Assembly (NCBI RefSeq): GCF_032444005.1
Contig: NC_091290.1
Location: 7,502,001 to 7,566,000 of the forward strand
DNA length: 64,000 nucleotides
Reading direction: 5' to 3'
DNA from: Ranitomeya imitator
Taxonomy: Eukaryota
Shown here: positions 11,345-26,300 of the stretch, piece after piece
How positions within the stretch are numbered: the stretch's first letter is position 1
Layout: every line of letters starts with the position of its first letter
Notes under the pieces: model-generated
Databases searched by the model: none
Told to the model about the DNA's origin: nothing
The model's input: only the letters and a program-made list of their open reading frames with translations
Made by a program: the position numbers and the translations under genes

Positions 11345-14300
11345 TCATCCCGATGGCTGCGGAAACAAAAATAACCCTGATAAAAGGCTCCGATGTTGGA
11401 GCAGGAACTTCACGTCTAAGCGTTTATCTGCTCCGCGGAGAAACAATCCCTATTCTGTCACAATATGGCATCTACACTGCAGCAATGGTTCTGCAAATCC
11501 ACCCACTTCTCTTCACTTAAAGGGGTTGTCCAGACCTAGAGAAACATGGCTTCTCTTTCAGACATAGGCCCACTGACTATTGCAGCTCAGCTCTAGTCAC
11601 TTCAATGGGGCTGTAATGGTCAGGGGCGACGCTGGTTCTGAAATAGAGCTGACATGTTTTTCTAATCTTAGAGAATGTCTTTAAGCTTGTTTTCTGTGGG
11701 ATGAGTTGTACTTTTGAATGACATCATGGCTTTTACCTTATAGTGTACTGGGAAAATAGGAAAAAAATTCCAAGTGTTGGTGAAATTGCAAATAAAAGTG
11801 CAAGTCCACCATTTTTTTTATTTACCATGTTCATTATATGGTAAAACTGGCCTTCCATTATGATTCTCTGGGTCCGCACGAGGACGCAGACACCAAATAT
11901 GTCTAGTTTATTTTTCATTTAAGTGGTAAAAAGAAAATTCATAAATTTGTAAAGAAAAAGTTTGCTTTTGTCACTTCACCATTTTCTGAGACTTGTAAGG
12001 TTCTGATTCTTTTGTCGTCTGGGGATAATTGAGGGCTTTTTTTTTCTTTTTTCTCGAGCTCCTCATTCAAGTGAATGAGGTCCGGGTCCTATTCTGGTAC
12101 CCGAACTTTAACTGTTCGGCCAGACCAGAACAATCAGGGGTCTGCCCATCTCTAGTAATGGCTGCTCCACCGCAGTTTTGTACTACATGGCTCCTTTTAC
12201 CTTGGATACCGCGGAGTCCTCTGAGGCCGTCGTGGTGAAGGAGGTGAAGGACTCCGACTTCCTTACTTTTGGCAATGACCTGACGGAGTCTGACATTTCC
12301 TTCTTTGGCTTTGACAGAAAGTTATTCAAATAGTCTGCAAATATGGAGAAAGGTGACGTTAGGTTCCATGGGGTGACTGGGATCCATCTCAGCACACATG
12401 ATCTGGGGACTGGCCCACATTCTTCCACCATGTGCCTCAAGGATTTTTCTCGCAGACCCTTGCAAGACACAAAAATAGTGACATTCCTACAGCTGTGGCC
12501 TGCCATGCGCCATGTCTGTAGGAATGGTCTCTTAAGCTCTGTTCACACTGGCAGACCTGCAGGGTCAGGTGCCTGATGGACGACTGTCCTCACATGTGGT
12601 GGGATAATGTGCCATCTTCAGTCACCTGTGGCTTCAGTAGTCAGATGGGACCAACGGAGAAGCCGCAAGGAAGCGATGGGGGTTCGGACTTCTAATTGAT
12701 AAAACGATCCCGACCCTCTGTCCAGATTTGGAAAGGGAAATAAACAGCTCCGTGTGTACAGAGCGGACATTTACCTGAAGTCACCAGTGCGATCAGCGAC
12801 TCCTGACACACGCGTCTGTTCCTCCGCACCGTGGGGCTGAGACTCAGCTGCAGATCCACTGTGGAGGCTTCTACATGTTTCTGTCTCTCCAGATTAGATG
12901 CAAAGCTAAGAATATAAGAAGACGACACAATCGGTGAGCGGACGTAAGCGTCTGACAATCTGCCAATGCCGGCCAGGTCACCGGGGCCTCACTGATCCCA
13001 TCTGTGTTCTCATTCTTCCCTCTTGGAGGCGTCTTACCTGTAGGGTTTTGTTCCCACAGCCGGTACCAAAGGTCGAGATGTGAAGGACTTTTCTAAACGA
13101 GAGAAGATGGAAGGAAATTAGAGCGCCGACTGCTTTATAAAATGCTTGTTGGTTTAGGCCTAGGCGACTTGTAATCACTGTGCACCTCAATGTGAATCAA
13201 GGCTGTGCTCAACCGCCGTAGAGAAGAGAGCGGGACCTGCATCTGACCGCCACAGAGAGCGGGACCTGCATCTGACCGCCACAGAGAGCGGGACCTGCAT
13301 CTGACCGCCACAAAGAGCGGGACCTGCATCTGACCGCCTCAGACAGCGGGACCAGCATCTGACCGCCGCAGAGAGCGGGACCAGCATCTGACCGCTGCAG
13401 AGAGCGAAAGCCGCATCTGACCGCTGCAGAGAGCGAAAGCCGCATCTGACCGCTGCAGAGAGCGAAAGCCGCATCTGACCGCCGCAGAGAGCGGGACCTG
13501 CATCTGACCGCCACAGAGAGCGGGACCTGCATCTGACTGCCACAGAGAGCGGGACTAGCATCTGACCGCCGCAGAGAAGAGAGCGGGACCTGCATCTGAC
13601 CGCCGCAGAGAGCGAAAGCCGCATCTGACCGCCGCAGAGAGCGGGACCTGCATCTGACCGCCGCAGAGAGCGAAATCCGCATCTGACCGCTGCAGAGAGT
13701 GGGACCTGCATCTGACCGCCGCAGAGAGCGGGACCTGCATCTGACTGCCACAGAGAGCGGGACCAGCATCTGACCGCCGCAGAGAAGAGAGCGGGACCTG
13801 CATCTGACCGCCGCAGAGAGCGAAAGCCGCATCTGACCGCTGCAGGGAGCGAAAGCTGCATCTGACCGCCGCAGAGAGCGGGACCTGCATCTGACCGCCG
13901 CAGAGAGTGAAAGCTGCATCTGACCGCTGCAGAGAGCGGGACCTGCATCTGACCGCCACAGAGAGCGGGACCTGCATCTGACTGCCACAGAGAGCGGGAC
14001 CAGCATCTGACCGCCGCAGAGAAGAGAGCGGGACCTGCATCTGACCGCCGCAGAGAGCGAAAGCCGCATCTGACCGCTGCAGGGAGCGAAAGCCGCATCT
14101 GACCGCCGCAGAGAGCGGGACCTGCATCTGACCGCCGCAGAGAGCGAAAGCTGCATCTGACCGCTGCAGGGAGCGAAAGCCGCATCTGACCGCCGCAGAG
14201 AGCGGGACCAGCATCTGACCGCCGCAGAGAAGAGAGCGGGACCTGCATCTGACCGCCGCAGAGAGCGAAATCCGCATCTGACCGCTGCAGAGAGTGGGAC

Positions 14301-17300
14301 CTGCATCTGACCGCCGCAGAGAGCGAAAGCTGCATCTGACCGCCGCAGAGAGCGGGACCTGCATCTGACCGCCACAGAGAGCGGGAGCAGCATCTGACCG
14401 CCGCAGAGAGCGGGAGCAGCATCTGACCGCCGCAGAGAGCGGGACCTGCATCTGACCGCCACAGAGAGCGGGAGCAGCATCTGACCGCCGCAGAGAGCGG
14501 GACCTGCATCTGACCGCCGCAAAGAGCGAAATCCGCATCTGACCGCCGCAGAGAGCGGAACTCGCATCTGACCACCGCAGAGAGCGGGACCAGCATGTGA
14601 CCGCCGCAGAGAGCGGGACCAGCATCTGACCGCCGCAGAAGGCAGGTGAGTTCTTATGTGCAGTGGACGGATGTCTGTCAGCGATCCTGCCTCGGAAAAG
14701 TGAGTCTGGATGAAGGTAATTCCAGCATTTCACTACATCGAGGTGACCAGAGGGAGTCTCAAGTCTATCACTTCACTATCACCTTAGATCTAATGACAGA
14801 GTCATTGTGAGTCGAGACTGAGACAGAATCAGAAGTCCCTGTAACCACATGGGGAGGGGGGGGTCGTAAAAACTTTGGAAATTTTGTTTTTCCCCTAAAT
14901 AAAATCATTGACATCAGTATGCAATCCAGTGTTTTACCAGAAGAAAACTTCCTTCCCCTCTTTTGTCTGGCTTCTTATTCCAACAGCCAAAGCCAGCCCC
15001 CTTCACAGGTACGGCTGATATACAGATGAAGGGTGGGGGAAGAGCTGAAAAATGAGCCTTAGCTTGGCTCCCCTCAAACTTGCTGAAAAATGGGGGTGGG
15101 TGGCTTTCTCTATTTATTCATAATTGCAGCAGCTCTGGGATCGGCACTGACCAGGTGGAATTGACCATGTGACGCTGGCCACGCCGCGCTGACGTAGCTT
15201 TCATATCGAATGTTTATCACAAAGTTGCATGAATTTTCACCTGGTTGCTGTGAAATTACGATCTCGACGATTCATACATAACGCAGTCACTAGGTTTGCA
15301 GATACCGGTGGGCTGTACCTCTGCCATCCATCGGTGGTCATGGGGGCAGTATGGAGCAACCTATATGTCTCCGCCCAGTGCGCCAGAATGAGGATGCGTG
15401 TCCTGGTCACGTAGATATACGAAGGCGGCATATACTTACCTCCTGACATGTCGTGCCTACCTCGTTTCAGGACGTGATCAGAGACGTGGCTTCGCACATT
15501 ATAATCGAGCATGGAATGGAAAGGTGGGGGGTGCTGTCTGATGGTGCAGGGGTCTCTGGAGCTGGCCCTCTGGATGACAGTGATAATGAGCGGAAGACGA
15601 TTTCCACCAGCGGGTTCTCGGGTCTTGATGGTGGCATGCCGGGAACAGACATGGTCAATGGAGGAGAAGTCACCTGAAAGACAAGAATTTGGGCATTTCT
15701 GCACATTATGCCCGCCTTTAGGTCGCAGTAGGAGACCTGGCAAACACACGGGCCAATGACTCACCCACAAAGGATGTTGGGAGCCTGTTGATGACCTGGG
15801 TCTTCACAGAGACAGACTCTGGTTTGCGGGCGTAGGACACGACGGGTCTTTCTGGAGATAGAAATATAAGGGTCTGATGGTTGAAGAGGGTTTCAGAAGG
15901 AGGCGATGCGGTCATCCATTACCTGCCGCCTGCGCTGGAGATGTCGGCACCACGTCCAGATGTGATGAGGGACTTTCATGGGACTTTATCTCAGAAGAAG
16001 AAATTATAAACTATTACACCATAAAAATGCAAACACAGGACGGCCTGTAGGTGGCGCTAGTGAGATCCTATCCACTGCCTATGGAGCATTGCAAATCAGG
16101 CTCCATACATATGACAGTGCCCCCAAAGCAGAATCAACGGGGTCTCAGTCAACCAAACCCTACAGTAGTAATGCCCCCGAACACTGACATATGGGGCACT
16201 CACCGTCACCAGCCTCCTGCCTCCATCACCAGAATTTCTTCTGGTTCCTGGGACCTTCCTACATCAGTATGATGCAGCGCCTGATGCCGCAGGGCTGGAT
16301 GTCAGGGGATCTATGGACGCTGGCAAGTAGGAGGTTTGCTGAGCGTTGGCCCGATGGCCACAGAGAACAATACAGCAGCAGGACCAGTCCGGAGAATGGT
16401 TTTACTTAACCCCAATTATACGCAGTAATTTAATTATAGTGAATCTTTTTCAAGGATTGTCCGTGCAAACCCCAGAAAGTTGCACATTTTAATGCTATAA
16501 AAATGGCCAAACCACCAACGTCATGATTGCAGAACAGTCCCCAAACCAGTCTCCCCAGAGTTGCATCAAAATCTTCAAACCAGCCCCCCAAAGCGGCATC
16601 AAGATCCCCAAACCAGTCCCCCAGAGCTGCATTCAAATCTCCAAACCAGTGCCCCCCAAAGCTGCATCAGGATCTCCAAAGTGCCCCACAAAGCTGCATC
16701 AAGATCTCCAAAGTGCCCCACAAAGCTGCATCAGGATCTCCAAACCAGTGCCCCCCAAAGCTGCATCAGGATCTCCAAACCAGTGCCCCCCAAAGCTGCA
16801 TCAGGATCTCCAAACCAGTGCCCCCCAAAGCTGCATCAGGATCTCCAAACAAGTGCCCCACAAAGCTGCATCAAGATCCCCAAACCAGTCCCCCCCAAAG
16901 CTGCATCAAGATCTCCAAACCAGTCCCCAGAAAGTTCGCTAACAGCCGAGCCCTGAGGCCAGTGAGTTCGGCATGTGGCCACTTATCGGCTGCAGTCGTG
17001 CGCTGGCTGCTGGTAAAGTCTTTTGCTTTCATGACGGTTTGGTCCTAAATAGCCAACTTGTTGCAGTTCACGGATGAAGGTCAATCAAGCACTGAACCCG
17101 ACTGAGCCTTATCTCATTGGTGGAGCTACATGAGGGTATAAGGGATTGTGTATGGATAGTGCCACCCGTGCCCACGGGCTGTGTCTGGTATTACTCCTCC
17201 GCTCCATTAATACAATTATTACACCATTGTAATACAGACACATCCAGTGCACAGGAGTCATGTGTCTGGGGAATGACGTAAACCCATTATTCTACATCTG

Positions 17301-20300
17301 GACAAGTATTTTAATGAGCCAAGCATGAGATTTTTCAGAAAATGGGATCATTTTACCATAGGAGATGAAAAATGTGGTCGATCCTATAACTCACAGAGAC
17401 TATGTGGTGGGAGCACAGAAGCCGCGGGGTCCGGAGCAGCCCGATCACTTACCTTCCGAGCCCTTTTCTCTACATCTGTTTTTCCAGAACTTTTGGACGG
17501 GGAGGATTTGGCCGCCTGGTTAGATGGCTCAGCAACGTCCTGCAAAAATGGAACGAGACATCGCGATGAACAGGTCACATGACACTGCGACCTGGCAATA
17601 TGGCGTCTGATAAACTGCAGCTCCTGAAAGCGGATTGTAGGGACTGGAGCTGCAGGGAAGATGGTGCACACATCTAGGCAGACAACGTACGATCTGCCAT
17701 TGGGAGGGTAAAGGGACTTATAATGGATGCCCTAACCTTAAAGGGACAGAGAACCCCTTCAAGAAAGGCCGTCAATAATCGGGGTCTGATACCCAGGCAC
17801 CTGCTGATCTGCAGAACAAAGAGGCAATAGATCCATAGTCACGCATCACTGTCTCCATTATCACCACCGGCTCCTATTGCCCCCGGCCCATGCAGCAGAT
17901 GCTTCACCGACTCCCTCGTATTATCACCACCGGCTCCTATTGCCCCCGGCCCATGCAGCAGATACTTCACCGACTCCCTCGTATTATCACCACCGGCTCC
18001 TATTGCCCCCGGCCCATGCAGCAGATGCTTCACCGGATCCCTCGTATTATCACCACCGGCTCCTATTGCCCCCGGCCCATGCAGCAGATTCTTCAGCGGC
18101 TCCCTCGTACTATCACCACCGGCTCCTATTGCCCCCGGCCCATGCAGCAGATACTTCACCGACTCCCTCATATTATCACCACCGGCTCCTATTGCCCCCG
18201 GCCCATGCAGCAGATGCTTCACCGACTCCCTCGTATTATCACCACCAGCTGCTATTGCCCCCGGCCCATGCAGCAGATGCTTCACCGGCTCCCTCCTATT
18301 ATCACCACCGGCTCCTATTGCCCCCGGCCCATGCAGCAGATGCTTCACCGGCTCCCTCCTATTATCACCACCGGCTCCTATTGCCCCCGGCCCATGCAGC
18401 AGATGCTTCACCGGCTCCCTCCTATTATCACCACCGGCTCCTATTACCCCCGGCCCATGCAGCAGATGCTTCACCGACTCCCTCGTATTATCACCACCGG
18501 CTCCTATTGCCCCCGGCCCATGCAGCAGATGCTTCACCGGATCCCTCGTATTATCACCACCGGCTGCTATTGCCCCCGGCCCATGCAGCAGATGCTTCAC
18601 CGGATCCCTCGTATTATCACCACCGGCTCCTATTGCCCCCGGCCCATGCAGCAGATTCTTCAGCGGCTCCCTCGTACTATCACCACCGGCTCCTATTGCC
18701 CCCGGCCCATGCAGCAGATACTTCACCGACTCCCTCATATTATCACCACCGGCTCCTATTGCCCCCGGCCCATGCAGCAGATTCTTCAGCGGCTCCCTCG
18801 TACTATCACCACCGGCTCCTATTGCCCCCGGCCCATGCAGCAGATACTTCACCGACTCCCTCATATTATCACCACCGGCTCCTATTGCCCCCGGCCCATG
18901 CAGCAGATGCTTCACCGGCTCCCTCCTATTATCACCACCGGCTCCTATTGCCCCCGGCCCATGCAGCAGATGCTTCACCGACTCCCTCGTATTATCACCA
19001 CCGGCTCCTATTACCCCCGGCCCATGCAGCAGATGCTTCACCGACTCCCTCGTATTATCACCACCGGCTCCTATTGCCCCCGGCCCATGCAGCAGATGCT
19101 TCACCGGATCCCTCGTATTATCACCACCGGCTGCTATTGCCCCTGGCCCATGCAGCAGATGCTTCACCGGATCCCTCGTATTATCACCACCAGATGCTAT
19201 TGCCCCCGGCCCATGCAGCAGATGCTTCACCGGATCCCTCGTATTATCACCACCGGCTCCTATTGCCCCCGGCCCATGCATCAGATACTTCAGCGGCTCC
19301 CTCGTATTATCACCACCGGCTCCTATTGCCCCCGGCCCATGCAGCAGATGCTTCACCGACTCCCTCGTATTATCACCACCGGCTCCTATTGCCCCCGGCC
19401 CATGCAGCAGATGCTTCACCGACTCCCTCGTATTATCACCACCGGCTGCTATTGCCCCCGGCCCATGCATCAGATACTTCAGCGGCTCCCTCGTATTATC
19501 ACCACCGGCTGCTATTGCCCCCGGCCCATGCAGCAGATGCTTCACCGCCTCCCTCGTATTATCACCACCGGCTGCTATTGCCCCCGGCCCATGCAGCAGA
19601 TGCTTCACCGGATCCCTCGTATTATCACCACCAGATGCTATTGCCCCCGGCCCATGCAGCAGATGCTTCACCGGATCCCTTGTATTATCACCACAGGATG
19701 CTATTACCCCCGGCCCATGCAGCAGATGCTTCACCGACTCCCTCGTATTATCACCACCAGATGCTATTGCCCCCGGCCCATGCAGCAGATGCTTCACCGG
19801 ATCCCTTGTATTATCACCACCAGATACTATTGCCCCCGGCCCATGCAGCAGATGCTTCACCGACTCCCTCGTATTATCACCACCAGATGCTATTGCCCCC
19901 AGCCCATGCAGCAGATGCTTCACCGCCTCCCTCGTATTATCACCACCAGATGCTATTGCCCCCGGCCCATGCAGCAGATGCTTCACCGGATCCCTCGTAT
20001 TATCACCACCGGCTCCTATTGCCCCCGGCCCATGCAGCAGATGCTTCACCGACTCCCTCGTATTATCACCACCGGCTCCTATTGCCCCCGGCCCATGCAG
20101 CAGATGCTTCACCGACTCCCTCGTATTATCACCACCGGCTCCTATTACCCCCGGTCCATGCAGCAGATGCTTCACCGGCTCCCTCCTATTATCACCACCG
20201 GCTCCTATTGCCCCCGGCCCATGCAGCAGATGCTTCACCGACTCCCTCGTATTATCACCAACGGATGCTATTGCCCCCGGCCCATGCAGCAGATGCTTCA

Positions 20301-23300
20301 CCGGCTCCCTCCTATTATCACCACCGGCTCCTATTGCCCTCGGCCCATGCAGCAGATGCTTCACCGACTCCCTCCTATTATCACCACCGGCTCCTATTGC
20401 CCCCGGCCCATGCAGCAGATGCTTCACCGGCTCCCTCGTATTATCACCAACGGATGCTATTGCCCCCGGCCCATGCAGCAGATGCTTCACCGGCTCCCTC
20501 CTATTATCACCACCGGCTCCTATTGCCCCCGGCCCATGCAGCAGATGCTTCACCGACTCCCTCCTATTATCACCACCGGCTCCTATTGCCCCCGGCCCAT
20601 GCAGCAGATGCTTCACCGGCTCCCTCGTATTATCACCACCGGATGCTATTGCCCCCGGCCCATGCAGCAGATGCTTCACCGGCTCCCTCGTATTATCACC
20701 ACCGGATGCTATTGCCCCCGGCCCATGCAGCAGATGCTTCACCGACTCCCTCGTATTATCACCACCGGCTCCTATTACCCCCGGTCCATGCAGCAGATGC
20801 TTCACCGGCTCCCTCCTATTATCACCACCGGCTCCTATTGCCCCCGGCCCATGCAGCAGATGCTTCACCGACTCCCTCCTATTATCACCACCGGCTCCTA
20901 TTGCCCCCGGCCCATGCAGCAGATGCTTCACCGGCTCCCTCGTATTATCACCACCGGATGCTATTGCCCCCGGCCCATGCAGCAGATGCTTCACCGGCTC
21001 CCTCGTATTATCACCAACGGATGCTATTGCCCCCGGCCCATGCAGCAGATGCTTCACCGGCTCCCTCCTATTATCACCACCGGCTCCTATTGCCCCCGGC
21101 CCATGCAGCAGATGCTTCACCGACTCCCTCCTATTATCACCACCGGCTCCTATTGCCCCCGGCCCATGCAGCAGATGCTTCACCGGCTCCCTCGTATTAT
21201 CACCAACGGATGCTATTGCCCCCGGCCCATGCAGCAGATGCTTCACCGGCTCCCTCCTATTATCACCACCGGCTCCTATTGCCCCCGGCCCATGCAGCAG
21301 ATGCTTCACCGACTCCCTCCTATTATCACCACCGGCTCCTATTGCCCCCGGCCCATGCAGCAGATGCTTCACCGGCTCCCTCGTATTATCACCACCGGCT
21401 GCTATTGCCCCCGGCCCATGTAGCAGATGCTTCACCGGCTCCCTCGTATTATCACCACCGGCTCCTATTGCCCCCGGCCCATGCAGCAGATGCTTCACCG
21501 GCTCCCTCGTATTATCACCACCGGATGCTATTGCCCCCGGCCCATGTAGCAGATGCTTCACCGACTCCCTCCTATTATCACCACCGGCTGCTATTGCCCC
21601 CGACCCATGCAGCAGATGCTTCACCGGCTCCCTCGTATTATCACCACCGGCTCCTATTGCCCCCGGCCCATGCAGCAGATGCTTCACCGGCTCCCTCGTA
21701 TTATCACCACCGGCTCCTATTGCCCCCGGCCCATGTAGCAGATGCTTCACCGACTCCCTCGTATTATCACCACCGGCTCCTATTACCCCCGGTCCATGCA
21801 GCAGATGCTTCACCGACTCCCTCGTATTATCACCACCGGCTCCTATTGCCCCCGGCCCATGCAGCAGATGCTTCACCGACTCCCTCCTATTATCACCACC
21901 GGCTCCTATTGCCCCCGGCCCATGCAGCAGATGCTTCACCGGCTCCCTCGTATTATCACCACCGGCTGCTATTGCCCCCGGCCCATGCAGCAGATGCTTC
22001 ACCGGCTCCCTCGTATTATCACCACCGGCTCCTATTGCCCCCGGCCCATGTAGCAGATGCTTCACCGACTCCCTCGTATTATCACCACCGGCTCCTATTG
22101 CCCCCGGTCCATGCAGCAGATGCTTCACCGGCTCCCTCGTATTATCACCACCGGCTCCTATTACCCCCGGTCCATGCAGCAGATGCTTCACCGGCTCCCT
22201 CGTATTATCACCACCGGCTCCTATTACCCCCGGTCCATGCAGCAGATGCTTCACCGGCTCCCTCGTATTATCACCACCGGATGCTATTGCCCCCGGCCCA
22301 TGCAGCAGATGCTTCACCGACTCCCTCCTATTATCACCACCGGCTCCTATTGCCCCCGGCCCATGCAGCAGATGCTTCACCGGCTCCCTCGTATTATCAC
22401 CAACGGATGCTATTGCCCCCGGCCCATGCAGCAGATGCTTCACCGGATCCCTTGTATTTACACGTAGAGGTGAGAATGACAGTAGATCCCTAACATAAAT
22501 CACACAGCACTGAAGCACCCGGCAGATCCCATAGGAGCGGCTCCATTCCTGCATCGCGGGGTCTCTGGCCTTGTACCGTATGATCACGTGACTTTGGTTT
22601 GTGCTTGGAGCTGCGTTTCTGATACATGTAGTTCCTCTCCTTCCGCGACCGCAAGCGTTTTTTCTTCTGATAAAACTGAAAAGAGGGAAATTGAGACTGT
22701 CACTCTGAAAGTAAGTAAGACGTGTGTAAGTCAAGATCTGAGCACCACAGAGAGCAGCAAGCCCCCGGTGGCAATAATTCATGTAGCCGAATACAGATGC
22801 CATTCCTGACAACCTGTATTCCATCAGTTCAGGCTGTGCAGAGTCAGACTGCCGTACACTGATGGGGCTTGTGCACAGCGCTGCCCCAATACCGGCTGCA
22901 TTAAGTGGCCCTATACTGACCAGGGCATCTGGGACGCATGTGGCCCCTGCTTAGCTCAGCTCCAGTAGGGGAGTCTGCTGGAGTCTGAGACACGCCTTCT
23001 GCATCTCCATTGGCTGAGACCGCTGCCTCTAGTCCCTCCCCTGCAGTTCTGCTTCTTGTGACTGGCTGCTGTGTATAAACCTATCGCCCAATGAAAGTGT
23101 TTGGAGGCTGGGGCTTCATCTAATGAGGCCAAGAACAAGAATGCCCGCTGGGAATAAGTATCCAAACTATCTGACCCTGTACAGAGCCGTGAAACACGAG
23201 GCAGCGACACCCATCTGATGACAGCGTGATTGAGGGTTTTGCTCCTAATCGATACTGAGCATCATCATGTTTCATGGCTCAATGGAGGCACCGATGACAA

Positions 23301-26300
23301 ATGAAAACTGCAGATGGTGCTGCTAGTCTGAACGATACCCTGGTCATGCCAAGGCTTTTTATAAAGTCCGGCACGTACTTCCAGCTACACACCTCTAGGT
23401 GGCACTGGAGAGGCAGTGCTCCTCCTTCTGGAGGGGAGCTAATTTGCATCCTAATGAGATTTGATCAGGTTACACCATAAAATACAGCAGTGTTCAGACC
23501 AGCGATCCCCATCACATCCGATAGTTATCTGCTGTGATGCATCTTACAGAATCACATATTAACTTGGAACTCAATAAAAGCGACGACGAGGCCAAAGCAC
23601 GTGAATAGCCACATTGTCCACCAAAATCTAGTTCTCACCTTACTGGCCATGTGCAGCAGATGTGCAGGGAGTCCGTCAGATTCTGAACTATTGGATCCAC
23701 TGGTGCTGGACGTGATATAAAGAGATTAATGTCGCCAGCGCCCGAGACTCAACTCTGTACAATACAATAATGCCTGACTCACACATCGCTATGTACAGGT
23801 GAAACCAGACGTTCCCGTCCACTATATATAAAGACACAGCTGCAGGCTTCTCTCAATATCGGACATGTAATCAGAATAAACCTTTCCCGGTTTAGGTCAA
23901 TTAGGATTACCAGAATGATTGATATTCACCAAATGCAAGAATAATGAGAGAATGATTTAACGCATTTTTATTTCTTACTGCAAAGTCAAAAGTTAACATT
24001 CACTAAGATTACTATGCCTTTACAGAATTCTGGAGATGGAAATGTCCTGTCCACACTGCCGACAGTACCAATACCTGGTGTAAAAACATCAGTATCACTG
24101 GGCTCGATTGGCAGCAAACTTGCCTGACCTTAACCCCATAGAGAATCTATGGAGTATTGTCAAGAGGAAGATGAGACACCAGACCCAACAATGCAGACGA
24201 GCTGAAGGCTGCTATCAAAGCAACCTGGGCTTCCATAACCCCTCAGCAGCGCCACAGGCTGATCCCTCCATGCCACGCCGCATTGATGCAAAAGGAGCCG
24301 CGACCAAGTATTGAGTGCATTTACTGATCATACATTTCAGTAGGGAACATTCCGGATTTTACAATGATTTTTCAGGCTGGTGTTATAAAGTATTCTGATT
24401 TACTAAGATAATGACTTTTGGGTTTTCATTGGCTGTAAGCCATAATCATCAACATTAACAGAAAGAAACATGTGAAATAGATCACTCTGTGTGTAATGGC
24501 TCTATAGAATATAGGAGATTCACTTTTTGTATTGAAGAACTGAAATAAATTCACTTCTAATCTTGTGAGAAGCCCCTGTATGTGCATATACTGTATATTT
24601 TATATAAATACAAACATATGCATCAATGTAGAAAGTTATGTTCTCACCTTGACTCAATGTCTGATAATGAGATGTCACTCAAATTCACATCTGAATCGAC
24701 TTCTCGTCCGAGACGTTTCAACTTCTCTTTGATCTCCTCTTGTATAGAAGCACGGAGCTCCGACAAGCAAACCTGGAACTGGAGGAGAGCAAAAATTAAA
24801 AGGCTGAACACCAGGTGGACGCGCAGAGTAACCACGGGCACTACACTGGCATATCATGGATGTCCCACTAGGACAGAGGGCTGCCTTTACCTTCGTGTGG
24901 TCAGGATCGCAGTAGTCCAGCAGGGTGTCACAGAAGTGGTGACCCATCAACTGGAGGTCCCCTGATGTAAACTGAGTGCCCTTCCTGTCCCCTGTAGGGT
25001 TAATAGTCAGACATAATAAGCTAAGTAAAATAAAAGCAGAAATCGTGTAAAAGGTGAACGCCCGTCCAAAGCAATGAGGTACCGATCATCGGTGCTTGTG
25101 AGGTGTCGACGCTCCCTTCGGCCATAGTGTTAGGACTTTACCACTAAAGATTGATGCTGTGCAAGGTTTATGGTCTTCTAAGGAGCAAATGACACAAATG
25201 ATGTCTGGCAGGTTCACGTCTGGCAGAACTGAAGGTTTTCATGATTTTTAGAACCCCCCAAAACATATAGATTTGTTCCTTAAAGGATGTAATGAATGGT
25301 GACTTTTGCAGAAGAATGGATTCAGTTGATTTATGTAAACTCAGTCTTCCAGACACAAAGTGACCTGGACACGATGAGGCTACACGGTGATACCTGCTGG
25401 TGACAGCAATTCTCAGACAAGATGCACAATTACAGACATGCAACATCCAAATTGCATCCGAGTTGCAGTTGCATGTGACTTGCATTGAAGCCTATAAAGC
25501 AAAGTCACGTCACTTGTCACAGGTTTGGATTTTTGAGACTTTTGCATTGCAGTCACAGCGGGTGGCGGGGCACAATAAGAACCCACTGAATATCATTGGA
25601 TGCAATGTCACATGCAACACCATATTATTCATGCACTGCAGCACGTCGCTGTGTAGTCCCAGCCTGAGTGTCTATGGGGTCAGATTGCAACCACGATGCG
25701 AAGGCAGAATAGTTTCCAATCTGGATGGATTTTTGTTGCAGGCTGCATCAGCATCATAGATGCCGGTATAGTTGAATGCGGCTGCGCTGGCTGGGGGGGG
25801 GGGGGTTGGAGACTGAGTCATTTGTATCCCAGATGGCATGAGTGGGCCCCCCGTCTCGCCAGGGCCCCAGCACTTGCCCGGGTGCACTGGGTGCTGACAC
25901 CGGCCCTGGTTGCAGGTCACAACTAACATACGACTTTGGCTTCATATGCTTCAGTGTGACCTATGGCTGCACAACAGTAAGTCGCAGACACGTCGCCAAA
26001 GTGTTTCTGGGCGCCCGACTTGTCTGAGAATCACAATCACATGGCAAGAGTCACTGTGCAGCCCCGGACTAAGGTACCATGTACTGACCGAGTGTGGAGC
26101 CGCAGAATGTGGACTCCATGGTGTAGCTGTTTCGGATGCCGTGCCTCCACATCACTATGCGACCCGTTCCTTCTTTGCTTTTCTGCACTTTGAACTTACA
26201 GCCCTTAAAAAAAAACTGCACAGAAAGAAGAGAGAGGGCATCTCCTGAATAAGTGCTGGATTTCAGATGATAAGAGCATATAGCGGAGATTGTTCCCAGC

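Noticed and set aside
13187-14733. Multi-frame 390-470-aa ORFs and a CRISPR-like regular look
   Set aside because: Head-to-tail units without unique spacers, in eukaryotic intronic context, with no cas genes.
17839-22824. 1661-aa, 1538-aa and 1177-aa ORFs as novel repeat proteins
   Set aside because: They are translations of a 63-bp minisatellite open in several frames on both strands. The 5' end of the minus ORF overlaps a real AGBL2 exon in a different frame.
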